A stretch of 64,000 nt of DNA from a virus: IMG/VR virus record IMGVR_UViG_3300027734_000048, positions 1 to 64,000 of that record, one strand, 5' to 3'. The notes under the pieces are model-generated. The model was not told the DNA's origin and ran no database searches. It saw nothing but the letters and a program-made list of their open reading frames with translations. Position 1 is the stretch's first letter. Every line of letters begins with the position of its first letter. Positions 7,671-17,579 of this stretch are shown piece after piece. The translations under genes and the position numbers were made by a program.

Positions 7671-8315
7671 TTATTCTCCATTTTTCTTTAGTGTGAAACA
7701 AATATTTAATAAAATTCTCAAATCATTTTCTTTTGGTGAAAACCCAGTATGCAACTTTTTTCCATCAAAAACAACGCCCTTGCCAGCAGTTGGAGAAATT
7801 GAATTTGAAACCTTCAACTCACCAAAATTGCCAGCAGTTTTTAAAACATCAAGTATTTTTTTATCGTATACTTCTGTTACTCCATCCGAATCATTAAAGT
7901 AATAAAGAAAAACCATATGGTCTTCTATTGAATCAACATGGGGATAATTTCTAGAATCTTTTTCTTTATAAGATCTTGTTGCTATGTTAATTTTACTTCT
8001 TATAATTTTGTCATATTTTATGTTGTGCTTAAAGCAAAACTTTTCAAAAACATCTTTTACAATATCAAAATCTAATCTAGAAACAATTTGAAAATATGGT
8101 TCAGATTTTTGATCTTGCATATATACTGTTGGTGCATTTTTCCATTGCCAAGACTTATCTTTGGTTTTTTGAAAATCAATTATCTCTGGAACATATTCAG
8201 GAATCCAATTAATTTTTCCATACAAAAAACTTTGATCAGAGAATATTCTTCTTAAAAACTCATCCTGCTCTTCTTTGGTTAAAAAAGAATCATCTTCAAT
8301 AAAAAAATCACTCAT
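7671..8315 (-). CDS. 2OG-Fe(II) oxygenase-like protein
   Basis: PHVD...LYYFNDSDG...FDG-x3-H...R-x2-LN. Confidence 0.8.
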   Translation of the reverse strand: MSDFFIEDDSFLTKEEQDEFLRRIFSDQSFLYGKINWIPEYVPEIIDFQKTKDKSWQWKNAPTVYMQDQKSEPYFQIVSRLDFDIVKDVFEKFCFKHNIKYDKIIRSKINIATRSYKEKDSRNYPHVDSIEDHMVFLYYFNDSDGVTEVYDKKILDVLKTAGNFGELKVSNSISPTAGKGVVFDGKKLHTGFSPKENDLRILLNICFTLKKNGE

Positions 8316-8532
8316 TTAATCTGGATCTTTCATCAACAACTTCTATTATAAAATTCATCATTTTTGCATAACCAACAGCATTATCCATGATTTTATTATA
8401 ATGATGGGAACAAAAGAGTAGTTCTCCAGATTTTCCAATTACCTTCACATACGCCTGTGCAGAACAAGAGTCGCATCTGTCTGTGGCGTCTAGCATCCAC
8501 AGTTTTGAGTCTTCTGAAATCATTGTATTCAT
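8308..8532 (-). CDS. small zinc-binding protein (DRCD-x-C...LLFCSHH)
   Basis: Cys/His motif of a kind I associate with actinobacteria and their phages. Confidence 0.7.
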   Translation of the reverse strand: MNTMISEDSKLWMLDATDRCDSCSAQAYVKVIGKSGELLFCSHHYNKIMDNAVGYAKMMNFIIEVVDERSRLNE

Positions 8533-8538
8533 AGTATA

Positions 8539-8724
8539 CTACCTCTTTCTATTATCGGTGGAATAAAAACCAGAACCGTTAAAAACTGCTCCTACATTAG
8601 AGTATACACGAACCAAAGTAGAATTGCAAATTTCGCAACTATATCCAGGATCATTATCCTTAATAGATCTTTCTTTTATATACCTTTGTGCACAAGGCAT
8701 ACAATCATATTCATATACTGCCAC
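8539..8724 (-). CDS. FmdB-family zinc-ribbon protein
   Basis: YEYDC-x2-C...C-x2-C...F-x-GSGFYSTD. Confidence 0.85.
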   Translation of the reverse strand: MAVYEYDCMPCAQRYIKERSIKDNDPGYSCEICNSTLVRVYSNVGAVFNGSGFYSTDNRKR

Positions 8725-9442
8725 TAGAAACCTCCATGTAAAGTTTTTGTAATTTTGAAAAATCTTCTTCTTCTTCTATTTGATTAGTTAAAGTTTCATA
8801 CATTTTTGTTTTTTGAATATCATGTGGACCATGATGCTTCATATTTGCAACTTTTTGATTTGATAGGCTACCAAAAGTTTTAGCATCCCTATTTTTAATT
8901 ACATCTTTAACCTCTTCTGATGAAACTTTGTTTTCATAATCTATATTTATTTTTGATAAAACAAAACTAATTATACTATTTGGATCATTAACTAATTTAT
9001 CAAACTCAATTACAAAAGCATTTTTATTTTGTATTTGAATAGTTAAATAATCTAAATAGTTTTCAGTTATGCCCCTGATCATTCCTTTAAAATTATAGTG
9101 CGCTCCATTTAGTACATTCTCTATTGTTATATCATCTTGTGAGTTAGAAAGTGCAATAAAGCAATAGGACTTGATGACTTCTATTGGACTTCTTACATTT
9201 GTAAACTGAATAAAACTATCAGATTGCTCCAACTTTAGCATAGATGGTATATGAAAAAATGGATGCAAAATAAATGTTTTATTTGTATCTAAAACAAGTG
9301 TTTTATTGGGTAATTTTTTTAAATTATTTTGATTCTTAATATTTTTAGTCAGTGCGCTATCAATACACTCTGCTAAAAAATTATTACCAGATCTTGGTAC
9401 AGAATTAAAAACAATATCAGTTGAAGTAAAAAACTTTGACAA
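8711..9442 (-). CDS. sulfotransferase-family protein
   Basis: 5'-PSB-like SVPRSGNNFL, 3'-PB-like VRSPIEVIKS, and FDKLVNDP. Confidence 0.7.
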   Translation of the reverse strand: MSKFFTSTDIVFNSVPRSGNNFLAECIDSALTKNIKNQNNLKKLPNKTLVLDTNKTFILHPFFHIPSMLKLEQSDSFIQFTNVRSPIEVIKSYCFIALSNSQDDITIENVLNGAHYNFKGMIRGITENYLDYLTIQIQNKNAFVIEFDKLVNDPNSIISFVLSKINIDYENKVSSEEVKDVIKNRDAKTFGSLSNQKVANMKHHGPHDIQKTKMYETLTNQIEEEEDFSKLQKLYMEVSSGSI

Positions 9443-9547
9443 TTACTTCTTCTTTGCTTTTACTGTCCAATAAGGCAGTTTTAGATTGTCTCCGCCCCAT
9501 TCATATCCAAGTGCTTTAACAACAAACTTAATAATCTTAATACGCAT
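9443..9547 (-). CDS. small hypothetical protein (34 aa, MRIKIIKFVVKALGYEWGG...)
   Basis: TAATG coupling to the upstream gene; manual translation. Confidence 0.55.
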   Translation of the reverse strand: MRIKIIKFVVKALGYEWGGDNLKLPYWTVKAKKK

Positions 9548-9747
9548 TACTTTACCCCCTTACCAAACTTTGCCCAAATTCTTTCATGAACAAAGTATCC
9601 AAGCGACTCAATACCTATGTATAACAATGCCCCAAGACTAGCATATTCCCATTCTCCAGTAAATGCATAGATTATCCCAGCAAGTACTGTTAAGTGAAAT
9701 AATTCCCAAGTAAAAGTTTTAATTGATGTTCGTCTAGTTGATTCCAT
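9547..9747 (-). CDS. DUF2061-family small membrane protein (second copy)
   Basis: RTSIKTFTW...YFVHERIW. Confidence 0.75.
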   Translation of the reverse strand: MESTRRTSIKTFTWELFHLTVLAGIIYAFTGEWEYASLGALLYIGIESLGYFVHERIWAKFGKGVK

Positions 9748-10545
9748 TTATGCCCCCAAAATTTTTTTATATGTTGTAGCATCAACAATGCCCGTAACAG
9801 GTAAACCAGATTTCTTTTGGAAAGCCTTTACTGCCTTATCTGTGCCTGGACCAAACTCACCATCTGCAGTAAGCCCAAGTGCTTCTTGAACCTTCTTAAC
9901 AGAAGATCCCTTTGCTCCTACCTTAAATGGCTTAAACTCTTTCTTAGCAGCAGGTACTGCATTAGTAGGCTTTGATGTCTTTACGGGTGCATCAGATGAT
10001 CCTACCTTTGAAAGTAGTGGAAGGTTTTCTTCACCAGCATAGACTGGACGACCCCAACCAACTATTGCATTCATTAACTTAGGCTTATTGTTCTTTACAT
10101 ATGCACGAGTCTTTTCTACGCACATTCCGCCATTTCGTTGGTCACCCTTAGCAGTCCCTGAAGTATTTCCTTCAATAACTTGAATAGTTCCATCGCCATT
10201 ATTTTTAATGCAAATACCAACATGTGAGATACGATTTACTCCATCATCTGGAAAATCAAAATAGATCCAGTCTCCTGGAGTTGGATCATCATTACGAGCA
10301 TCGGCCCAGCGGTCATTTTTCTTAAACCAATCAGATGCTGCAACAGTTGCTGCGCTCTTTGGATAGGTCTTAGGATCTAGCCCTGCAGTGAATGCACACC
10401 ATGAAACAAATGACTGGCACCATGGAAGGAAGTTTGCACCTGTCCACTTGCCATACTTTGTTTCGTTATCTTTAGGGCCTTCGATGGTCCCAATTTCTTT
10501 CTTTGCAACCTCAACGATTGCTTCTAGACTTCCTTTTACTGTCAT
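9748..10545 (-). CDS. endolysin: CHAP domain plus C-terminal peptidoglycan-binding domain
   Basis: PWCQSFVSW, HVGI, IEGNT; VKKVQEALG...DGEFGPGT-x2-AVKAFQ. Confidence 0.92.
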   Translation of the reverse strand: MTVKGSLEAIVEVAKKEIGTIEGPKDNETKYGKWTGANFLPWCQSFVSWCAFTAGLDPKTYPKSAATVAASDWFKKNDRWADARNDDPTPGDWIYFDFPDDGVNRISHVGICIKNNGDGTIQVIEGNTSGTAKGDQRNGGMCVEKTRAYVKNNKPKLMNAIVGWGRPVYAGEENLPLLSKVGSSDAPVKTSKPTNAVPAAKKEFKPFKVGAKGSSVKKVQEALGLTADGEFGPGTDKAVKAFQKKSGLPVTGIVDATTYKKILGA

Positions 10546-10567
10546 TTTATTCTCCTTTTCTTATATA

Positions 10568-10576
10568 ATTATATCA
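10568..10576 (-). promoter_or_regulatory. extended -10 promoter TGATATAAT for the endolysin
   Basis: consensus box followed by an AAGGAG SD. Confidence 0.6.
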
Positions 10577-11233
10577 AACTTTGTTTAAATCTTCAAGGTA
10601 TCTTGTATTAAAGCGATTAGCCCAAAAAGACTGATAAACAGTGCCTTGGTCCCCATTGTCCTTTTCAATAGTTAGATGTGGATGCTTGCTTATTAAATAA
10701 TTTATTTGACCAAGTTTTGGCTCTTGAAATCTTGTATCAACATACTTATATAAAGTATTTGGGTTTTCAGCAATGTAATTTTTTACTTCTTTATCTAGAT
10801 CAATAGGGCCATTATGCTGTTGATTGTCTGAACAACTCCAATAAAACTTTATATCTTTAAACTTATTTTCAAGTTCTGCTAAACTATTAACAAAGTCTTC
10901 AAAAATGAAATCAGAATTTTGTACTTCTGAAAACAAAATAAAAATAACATCTGGAGAATATTCAGAAAAATATTCTTTTGCATTTTTTATAACATTTTTA
11001 TAATCTATATCTTTATCATCTAATGCAAAAAAATCAGAAACCAGAGTGTGCTTTCTTAGTAGTTTGTCTAGTCTAAATGGCCAAACATTTTTAAAAGTTT
11101 CATCGTCATGCATTAGATCTGAAGATCCAAAATATGCTACATGCAGGTTACCACCATGATCTTTTTTAAATTCTTCACACATATAACCATGACTATTTTT
11201 TGTTCCATCATATTTGCTTAGTACTTCTGTCAT
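10574..11233 (-). CDS. hypothetical protein (possible SGNH-like fold)
   Basis: YFGSSD...WP...PDVIFILF; coupled to the carbamoyltransferase. Confidence 0.6.
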   Translation of the reverse strand: MTEVLSKYDGTKNSHGYMCEEFKKDHGGNLHVAYFGSSDLMHDDETFKNVWPFRLDKLLRKHTLVSDFFALDDKDIDYKNVIKNAKEYFSEYSPDVIFILFSEVQNSDFIFEDFVNSLAELENKFKDIKFYWSCSDNQQHNGPIDLDKEVKNYIAENPNTLYKYVDTRFQEPKLGQINYLISKHPHLTIEKDNGDQGTVYQSFWANRFNTRYLEDLNKV

Positions 11234-12672
11234 TTATTATAATCCATTCCTGTTAAAATTTTAAAGTTGTATTCTTTTTCCCAATTTAAAATATCGTTGT
11301 TATCGTTTAATAAAGGTTGGCCCTTAATATTTAGACTTGTATTTAATAATAATGGTACACCTGTTTTAAGATAAAACTTATTAATAGTCCTCCACAAACC
11401 TCTATGCTGATGCTTGTTTACAGTTTGCACCCTAGATGTACCGTCAGCATGGACTACAGATGGAATCTTTTCTGGTTGTAAACACTTAACTGTGTACTGC
11501 ATATAAGGGCTTGCAAAGTCCATATCAAACCACTTAGAGGCACACTCTTCCATAACTACTGGGGCAAACGGTCTAAACAACTCTCTTTGTTTAATTAAAT
11601 TAACTTTATCTTTAATGTTTGGATCTCTTGGATCTGCAAGAATACTTCTATTTCCCAATGCTCTTGGACCGTATTCTGCTCTTCCTGTTGCTACTGCCAC
11701 TATTCCATCTTTTAATATACCGTCCACAATTTGCTGAACAGGATACTCTCCTCCAAGATCATAACCAAGATACGGAGTCTTCCAATCAAGATGTTTTCCG
11801 TATAAGGCTGCTGCTGCTCCCAAAGAACTACCAGCATCACCAGGGTTTGGCATGATCCAAATCATATCAAATATATTCCATAGTAATGTATTGGCTGATG
11901 AGTTAAGTGCACACCCGCCCATAAATACCAAATTCTTTTTTCCTGTAATTGAATAGGCCATATGCATAAAGTCATTAAGTCTTTGCTGGTATACAAATTG
12001 AACTGCTGCTGCTATATCAAATTTATCTTGCTCAGATTCAATCAACCCCCAGTCAGTAATTCCTTTATGAAAGTTATACTTTTGTTTGGTATACGAAGGG
12101 AAATATTCATCAACTTTTCTATAATACTTTTTCCAGTCTCCATAAGCAGCCATTCCCATCATAATGTATTCTTCTTGGTTTGGCATCAGGCCTATGAGTT
12201 GAGTAAATGCTGAATAGAACAATCCAAAACTAACAGGATAGTTTTGCTTATATTTTAATTTAATTTTATCGCCTTCACCCACCCAAATTGTGGAGGTATT
12301 ATATTCACCAATTGCATCAAGAACTACAATCACTGCATCATTAAATGCACTTGTATAATACCCCGCTGCTGCGTGAGAATAGTGATGAGTAAAAGATTTT
12401 CTTGGAATTCCAGGAATTTCAAACCTTGGCTTCCACTCTCCAGAACCACCCTTTAAAGCAAGCCTAGAGGCCTTTAGAAGGGGCTTTTCATAGTAGGCTA
12501 CATGATCAGGCATTCCATACTGTAAAGCATCTTTTATTAAACTATCATTCACATACCAATCATTTTTTTGCTTACTATATCTTTCAGCATGCCCTGCAAA
12601 TAATATTTTTCCATCTTTAATTAAGGATACAGAAGCATCATGCGATGTTTCATTTATTCCAAGAACTATCAT
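11230..12672 (-). CDS. carbamoyltransferase, NodU/CmcH/TobZ family
   Basis: HDAS, ERYSK-x-K, HHYSHAA, GGCALN, GDAGSSLGAA, EYGPRALGNRSILADP, RE-x-FRPFAP, LNTSLN. Confidence 0.96.
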   Translation of the reverse strand: MIVLGINETSHDASVSLIKDGKILFAGHAERYSKQKNDWYVNDSLIKDALQYGMPDHVAYYEKPLLKASRLALKGGSGEWKPRFEIPGIPRKSFTHHYSHAAAGYYTSAFNDAVIVVLDAIGEYNTSTIWVGEGDKIKLKYKQNYPVSFGLFYSAFTQLIGLMPNQEEYIMMGMAAYGDWKKYYRKVDEYFPSYTKQKYNFHKGITDWGLIESEQDKFDIAAAVQFVYQQRLNDFMHMAYSITGKKNLVFMGGCALNSSANTLLWNIFDMIWIMPNPGDAGSSLGAAAALYGKHLDWKTPYLGYDLGGEYPVQQIVDGILKDGIVAVATGRAEYGPRALGNRSILADPRDPNIKDKVNLIKQRELFRPFAPVVMEECASKWFDMDFASPYMQYTVKCLQPEKIPSVVHADGTSRVQTVNKHQHRGLWRTINKFYLKTGVPLLLNTSLNIKGQPLLNDNNDILNWEKEYNFKILTGMDYNK

Positions 12673-13337
12673 TCTTCACCATTGGATAATCTTTTAGTGT
12701 CAAAATCAATATTGTGATACCAGTTTGGCAGAGCATATCTTGGACCTTTTGTAATTGGATATACCTCATGAACATATAAAAAGTTTGAAGGGAAAAACAA
12801 AATACTACCAGCAGCAGGTTTAAACTTAATTCCTGAATGTTTAAATTCTATTTCCCCACCTTCATAATCATCATTGAGGTAAAGCAATACAGATAAAACA
12901 CGACTACTAACACCTTGATCTTGATGGGCTGGAAGATGTCCACTTTCATCATATTTTAATAGATGCATTGTGTGTTCTCTAGACTTAATGTTTTTTTCTG
13001 CAAACGGATAAATTGCAGTTGAGTAGTGATTTAATGTTGAGTCTAATGCCCCAAATAATTCAGAAGATATACTTAACTGCTCATTAAAGTATGGGTCACA
13101 ACTAGAAATATCCTTTACCTGTGGAATAAGTTTTTGCCAACAAAACATAAGTTCATTTGAGCCATTGTTATATGTCCACTTTGTCCAAGGACCTACGCAT
13201 GTATTCTCCAACTGACCATCATCGACATACAGTTTGTCCAAATTTTCTATTTTTTCTATAATTGATTTAGGATCTTTAATTACATCTTTATAGTAAACTA
13301 ATCCTAAATCTAATATCTCAAAATTAAAGTTTTGCAA
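12669..13337 (-). CDS. 2OG-Fe(II) oxygenase, prolyl-4-hydroxylase-like
   Basis: HQD...RVLSVLLYLNDDYEGGEI...HEV...RY; start placed at TTG 13337 after a GGGAG SD. Confidence 0.9.
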   Translation of the reverse strand: MQNFNFEILDLGLVYYKDVIKDPKSIIEKIENLDKLYVDDGQLENTCVGPWTKWTYNNGSNELMFCWQKLIPQVKDISSCDPYFNEQLSISSELFGALDSTLNHYSTAIYPFAEKNIKSREHTMHLLKYDESGHLPAHQDQGVSSRVLSVLLYLNDDYEGGEIEFKHSGIKFKPAAGSILFFPSNFLYVHEVYPITKGPRYALPNWYHNIDFDTKRLSNGEE

Positions 13338-13926
13338 GATGGTACTCCCTTGCCATCCATTTAGGATTTTTTTCACCTATAATAAAGTCTGGATCTGCAT
13401 GTTTTGGTAAACTTGTATGCATGTATAAACCAGTAAATCTGTGACCGCTTGTTACTTCTGTAATACCATGAATATATTCGCTTCCAGAACTTGGGAAAAA
13501 TACTGCAGAGTATTGCTTTGGTTGATACTCAAATCCTTGATTTGGAAAATAAATTTTTCCTCCAGTGTATTCAGATTCATGGTTTAAATACATTATTGTG
13601 CTCCACTCAATAAAGGGTTCTGGACCTTGAGCATCTAAGTGCAACTCTCCCTTAGTACCTTCTGTCCAATGTGAACCAAATGATTTGTATACATATATTG
13701 GGTTTAAAAAACCATTGTCTTGTCTATGTACCTCATTTGAAATATTTCCATACTTAACCATTATATCCATAACTATTTTATTATATGGCAATGATGTTCC
13801 TCCATATCTTTGTGCATAGTATGCGGGATAAGGATTTCTTTCTGCAAATGGATCTGTCTGCTGATCGATCAAAGTCTTTGCATCTTCTGGACTAATAAAG
13901 TTTTCTATTATTTTTATTCTGTGCAT
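13324..13926 (-). CDS. 2OG-Fe(II) oxygenase, prolyl-4-hydroxylase-like
   Basis: HLD...STIMYLN...Y-x-GG-x-IYF...HGI...RFT. Confidence 0.88.
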   Translation of the reverse strand: MHRIKIIENFISPEDAKTLIDQQTDPFAERNPYPAYYAQRYGGTSLPYNKIVMDIMVKYGNISNEVHRQDNGFLNPIYVYKSFGSHWTEGTKGELHLDAQGPEPFIEWSTIMYLNHESEYTGGKIYFPNQGFEYQPKQYSAVFFPSSGSEYIHGITEVTSGHRFTGLYMHTSLPKHADPDFIIGEKNPKWMAREYHLAKL

Positions 13927-14786
13927 TTTTCCTCCTCAACCATTATATCACTTATGTGATATATAGAATTATAGCCATTGTGAAATCTGCCAACACCTTT
14001 ACGATCTAAATTAAAGTCTTGAGTCCTAAATATGTACTCAACATCATTAGTCTCAAATTTCATTATTTTTAAATTTTCAATAATAATATTGTGAAAATCG
14101 TTAAAATTTTTTGCAACATCTGTATTAAAGTATTCATATATTTTTTTATAGTTATGGTTTTCAGAATATGGCAAATAGTCTTTTTTTAATTTTGTTCCCT
14201 GATTATAAACTTTATTTCCAACAGAAAATATTCTAATATTGTTTTTTATTAAAGTTAAAGTTAGCAATAAATCTTGACCGTATTTTTTTAAAGTTTTATT
14301 ATTAAATTCAAATAAACTTAAAATATTTTTTTTATCTATTGCAATAAAATCCATATCTATCCAATTAGTTTCAGAAACAAAATCTGTATGACTTCCTAAG
14401 TTTTTTAAATAAAAACCATCAATAGATAATTTTGCATTTTTGTTTCCAGAAAAAACAACATTTGGAATATTTTTAAAATTATCAACTAGGTCAATGTCCC
14501 AATCTTTTTTCAACTCTATTGAATCTGAAACCTCAACATAGTAGTCATAATCTTTTTCTATTATATTTTTTCTATATTCTGTAATTGGAAAATAAGAATC
14601 CCAATTTATATGATTATATTTTACTGAAGGTATATTTTTAAAATATTCCGTTCTGTTTATATTGTTTTGATCATACACATAGATCCTTATCTTGTTTTTA
14701 TTGCTGCATGAATCTACAATATTTGTAGCAATATTAACTAAATTATTATTTTTATATGAATATAAAAATATTACTATTTCTTTCAT
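13914..14786 (-). CDS. GT-A fold glycosyltransferase-like protein resembling GT60 (Skp1 hydroxyproline GlcNAc transferase)
   Basis: IFLYSYK...IYVYDQ...YYVEVSDSIELKKDWD resembles the recalled GT60 pattern IF-x-S-x2-SYRD...Q...YYLQIDSHMRF-x2-DWD. Confidence 0.55.
   Translation of the reverse strand: MKEIVIFLYSYKNNNLVNIATNIVDSCSNKNKIRIYVYDQNNINRTEYFKNIPSVKYNHINWDSYFPITEYRKNIIEKDYDYYVEVSDSIELKKDWDIDLVDNFKNIPNVVFSGNKNAKLSIDGFYLKNLGSHTDFVSETNWIDMDFIAIDKKNILSLFEFNNKTLKKYGQDLLLTLTLIKNNIRIFSVGNKVYNQGTKLKKDYLPYSENHNYKKIYEYFNTDVAKNFNDFHNIIIENLKIMKFETNDVEYIFRTQDFNLDRKGVGRFHNGYNSIYHISDIMVEEEKCTE
13942..13950 (-). promoter_or_regulatory. extended -10 promoter TGATATAAT inside the 3' end of the glycosyltransferase gene
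   Basis: followed by GAGGAGG and the ATG at 13926. Confidence 0.55.
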
Positions 14787-15445
14787 TATGCCAATGGAAT
14801 ATAATGTTGTTCTTCTGCCTTTTCAATAAATCTTAAAGGAATTATATCGTAAGCAACAGTAATTCTTGGACCATCCCAATCCCAATTTCCTTGTGCATGT
14901 GGATGCCCCATCTCAGAAATAATTAATCTATTATCAATATTTTTGTTTTCAAAAATAAGTTCTTCTTTATTTTCTATCTTATAAAATGTTGAGGAAGGCT
15001 CTGCCTTAACACAGTAGTATCCATGAAAGTTTGGTGCCCAAGGGCCACCGTGATCGTGCCAGTCAAGTTTACCAACCTTTGAATGATTTATATTAAACCA
15101 ACCCTGAATCATATACTTTTCTTTTGCAAAGTCTATTCCGTAATATTCACAGGCCTCTTTTACTAGATCTCTAACTCCAAGATAAAGATTGTATATTTCT
15201 TCGCTGTGAAACTGAAAAACATTATACTCTCTCCACTTTACTGTAGAAATACTTCCAGACTCAAGCCAGTATTCCTGTTTTTCTGAATGTAATTTTGATA
15301 CGCCAAAAACCTCACCTTGCTCAATCTGATCATATTTTTTGTGCAAGAATTTAGACATCTTGTCTAGATCATTATTTAAAAACTTTTCAAAAAACTTATG
15401 AGGCTTATCATATAGTTTTGGCATGCTGTAAAAGTCTTGATTCAT
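14786..15445 (-). CDS. putative 2OG-Fe(II) oxygenase
   Basis: WFNIN...HDH...GYYCV...H...RITVAYD. Confidence 0.8.
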   Translation of the reverse strand: MNQDFYSMPKLYDKPHKFFEKFLNNDLDKMSKFLHKKYDQIEQGEVFGVSKLHSEKQEYWLESGSISTVKWREYNVFQFHSEEIYNLYLGVRDLVKEACEYYGIDFAKEKYMIQGWFNINHSKVGKLDWHDHGGPWAPNFHGYYCVKAEPSSTFYKIENKEELIFENKNIDNRLIISEMGHPHAQGNWDWDGPRITVAYDIIPLRFIEKAEEQHYIPLA

Positions 15446-15466
15446 TTTTTCTCCCTTTAGTTTTTC

Positions 15467-16198
15467 TTAATATCTTTTTTTATCCCATGCAAACTTTTTA
15501 TAGTGTGCAGTAATATGTGATCTTCTCTGTTCTTCTAAAATCTTATGTTTTTCATAAGATTCCTTTGACATATCTATGTCAATTTCCCAATCATCTCTCT
15601 TGATTGGTATCATTTGCATTATTGGTGTGCCCTGCTCTATTGTACCAAAAAAGTCTCTTTTCAGAAAAAATGGTATAAATACTGGAAGACCCCAGACATC
15701 TGCGTCTACAATTCCAGATGGTACATAGAATGGCAAGTCAAAACGGTTAAGCGGGTGAGTAATTAATATTGAGTATCCTGGTGGTGTTTCGTAATACCAG
15801 TTCATCTTAAATCCAAAATGTATAGGATGGCAATCTTTTGGTATTGCCATATCAACATTAAATCTTTTATCTATAATTGGAATATCTTTTTTCCATGACA
15901 CAACTGGTATATTGTCATCATCAAAATCAACATGTACATCATCCTCTAATCTGTAAATGTAACCAGCAGTCATTGAGTCTAAAAATGGTACACAAAGTTT
16001 TGTTGAAACATCTGATCCATCAGAGCCACGATCATTAATTGGAAAAAGATTTTTCATATCATTGCTAGTTCCATATTTATAGCCGACAAGATCTTTGTAC
16101 CAATCTGGAACCATCCTGCTTGCACTTACTGGTTCTACCAGCATGTCTATAAACTTAGGGTCATTTGATGCTGGAACAAACTTTACCTTATTGTTCAT
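15467..16198 (-). CDS. conserved phage protein (DUF6065-like)
   Basis: PDWYK, KLCVPFLDSMTAGY, TPPGYS-x-LITHPLNR, GTPIMQMIPIKRDDW. Confidence 0.65.
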   Translation of the reverse strand: MNNKVKFVPASNDPKFIDMLVEPVSASRMVPDWYKDLVGYKYGTSNDMKNLFPINDRGSDGSDVSTKLCVPFLDSMTAGYIYRLEDDVHVDFDDDNIPVVSWKKDIPIIDKRFNVDMAIPKDCHPIHFGFKMNWYYETPPGYSILITHPLNRFDLPFYVPSGIVDADVWGLPVFIPFFLKRDFFGTIEQGTPIMQMIPIKRDDWEIDIDMSKESYEKHKILEEQRRSHITAHYKKFAWDKKRY

Positions 16199-16853
16199 TA
16201 TATTCTTTCTTTATTTGCTCAATTGTCTCTGAATCTTTTATAATTATATCACATATGGGTGTTCCTATATCTATGATGCCGTATCTTTCATCTTTCATGT
16301 GTTTACCAGTTTTATTTATAAAAAAATGAATCCACTTTGTGTCTAATATATGTTTTGAAAAATCAACTTTATTAAAATAAATAACATCTGTTATTAAATT
16401 AAACACAGTTTCGTCACCAAAATTATCTGATATTTTGCATTCAATATCTTTATTAATTATCCATGGAAGATAAAATTTATACAACGCATTAAAACTAATA
16501 TTTTGGCTATCAGCAGTAATTTCTGATGGATAGAACTGTCTTTGCCAGCATTTATCAAGTGCGTAGAGTCCATTATACTTTGGTTCAACCCAGATTTCTG
16601 CATGTGTTTTTTGACGCAAAATAGCATGATCATCATTAATGATTAACTCTGGCTTATTGTGAAATATTTCTGCATACCTATTTACTGGAACTAAAAACTT
16701 ATTGATGTAACTTTGATCAAATACATGACCAGAAACGCCCCATTCTGGATAAAGTCTACTGCCTATGACCAAATCAGAAAAACTTTTGTTTGCAGAATTA
16801 ATCCAATACTCAGACCCCACTATACCATTTTTAGATAAATCATCATTTGGCAT
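16188..16853 (-). CDS. hypothetical protein, possibly distantly related to 15467-16198
   Basis: KFYLPW...GIIDIGTPICDI echoes KMNW...GTIEQGTPIMQM. Confidence 0.6.
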   Translation of the reverse strand: MPNDDLSKNGIVGSEYWINSANKSFSDLVIGSRLYPEWGVSGHVFDQSYINKFLVPVNRYAEIFHNKPELIINDDHAILRQKTHAEIWVEPKYNGLYALDKCWQRQFYPSEITADSQNISFNALYKFYLPWIINKDIECKISDNFGDETVFNLITDVIYFNKVDFSKHILDTKWIHFFINKTGKHMKDERYGIIDIGTPICDIIIKDSETIEQIKKEYNEQ

Positions 16854-17579
16854 TTAGTTGTCCTTAAACATAAAGTTACTAACAACAAGAACTATCCTTG
16901 TGTTATCATTTATTTGTTTTATTTTATCATGGTTTGCTACAAAATCTATATCACCAATCACAGAAAACTCTGTAGGTAGTGTCATATTACAACAAATTGC
17001 AATCTGTTTTTTTACTTTTTCAAAACTATAATTTTTAATTAAATAATTAAGTACTTCCTGAAGGGTATCTGCATATAATGGCGTTACAAATGATCCTGCA
17101 GCATCCTTATGTTTCTTTAAGTTTTCTATAACTGTATGAATACCATGCGATATAGTGATATCTCCACCAACAAAACCACTAATTACATAGGCATTAAGGA
17201 ATGCGTTTGGTCCAGGTACAACCACATACTCAAAGTTATTTTTAATACATTCCTGAATAAACTGACTTCCTGGATCTGCAACACCAATAAGTCCTTCTGA
17301 TGCTACAAGCAATACTGTTTTTCCAGACTCAATATATTCTTTAAAAAGTTTTATTTGATTTGAATCAGCATAAGTTGAATCTTTGCTTTTTAAAACAACT
17401 ATGTCTTTTTTAATTTTAAGTTGTTTTATTATGTTTATAGCATTAATCTCTGAATCATCACTAAAAATAACATCTGAACTAACAAAATAGTCTAGCATTC
17501 TTTGAGACATATCGGCAATATTACCAATATGCATTGATCCAACAATTAATTTGCCAATCTTTGCTGGGGTGGCAGGCAT
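16854..17579 (-). CDS. rsmI: RsmI-like SAM-dependent methyltransferase (tetrapyrrole methylase family); start uncertain
   Basis: GKLIVGSMHIGNIADMS-x-R, LVASEG-x3-VADPG and VVVPGPNAFL-x-A match the RsmI pattern. Confidence 0.75.
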   Translation of the reverse strand: MPATPAKIGKLIVGSMHIGNIADMSQRMLDYFVSSDVIFSDDSEINAINIIKQLKIKKDIVVLKSKDSTYADSNQIKLFKEYIESGKTVLLVASEGLIGVADPGSQFIQECIKNNFEYVVVPGPNAFLNAYVISGFVGGDITISHGIHTVIENLKKHKDAAGSFVTPLYADTLQEVLNYLIKNYSFEKVKKQIAICCNMTLPTEFSVIGDIDFVANHDKIKQINDNTRIVLVVSNFMFKDN

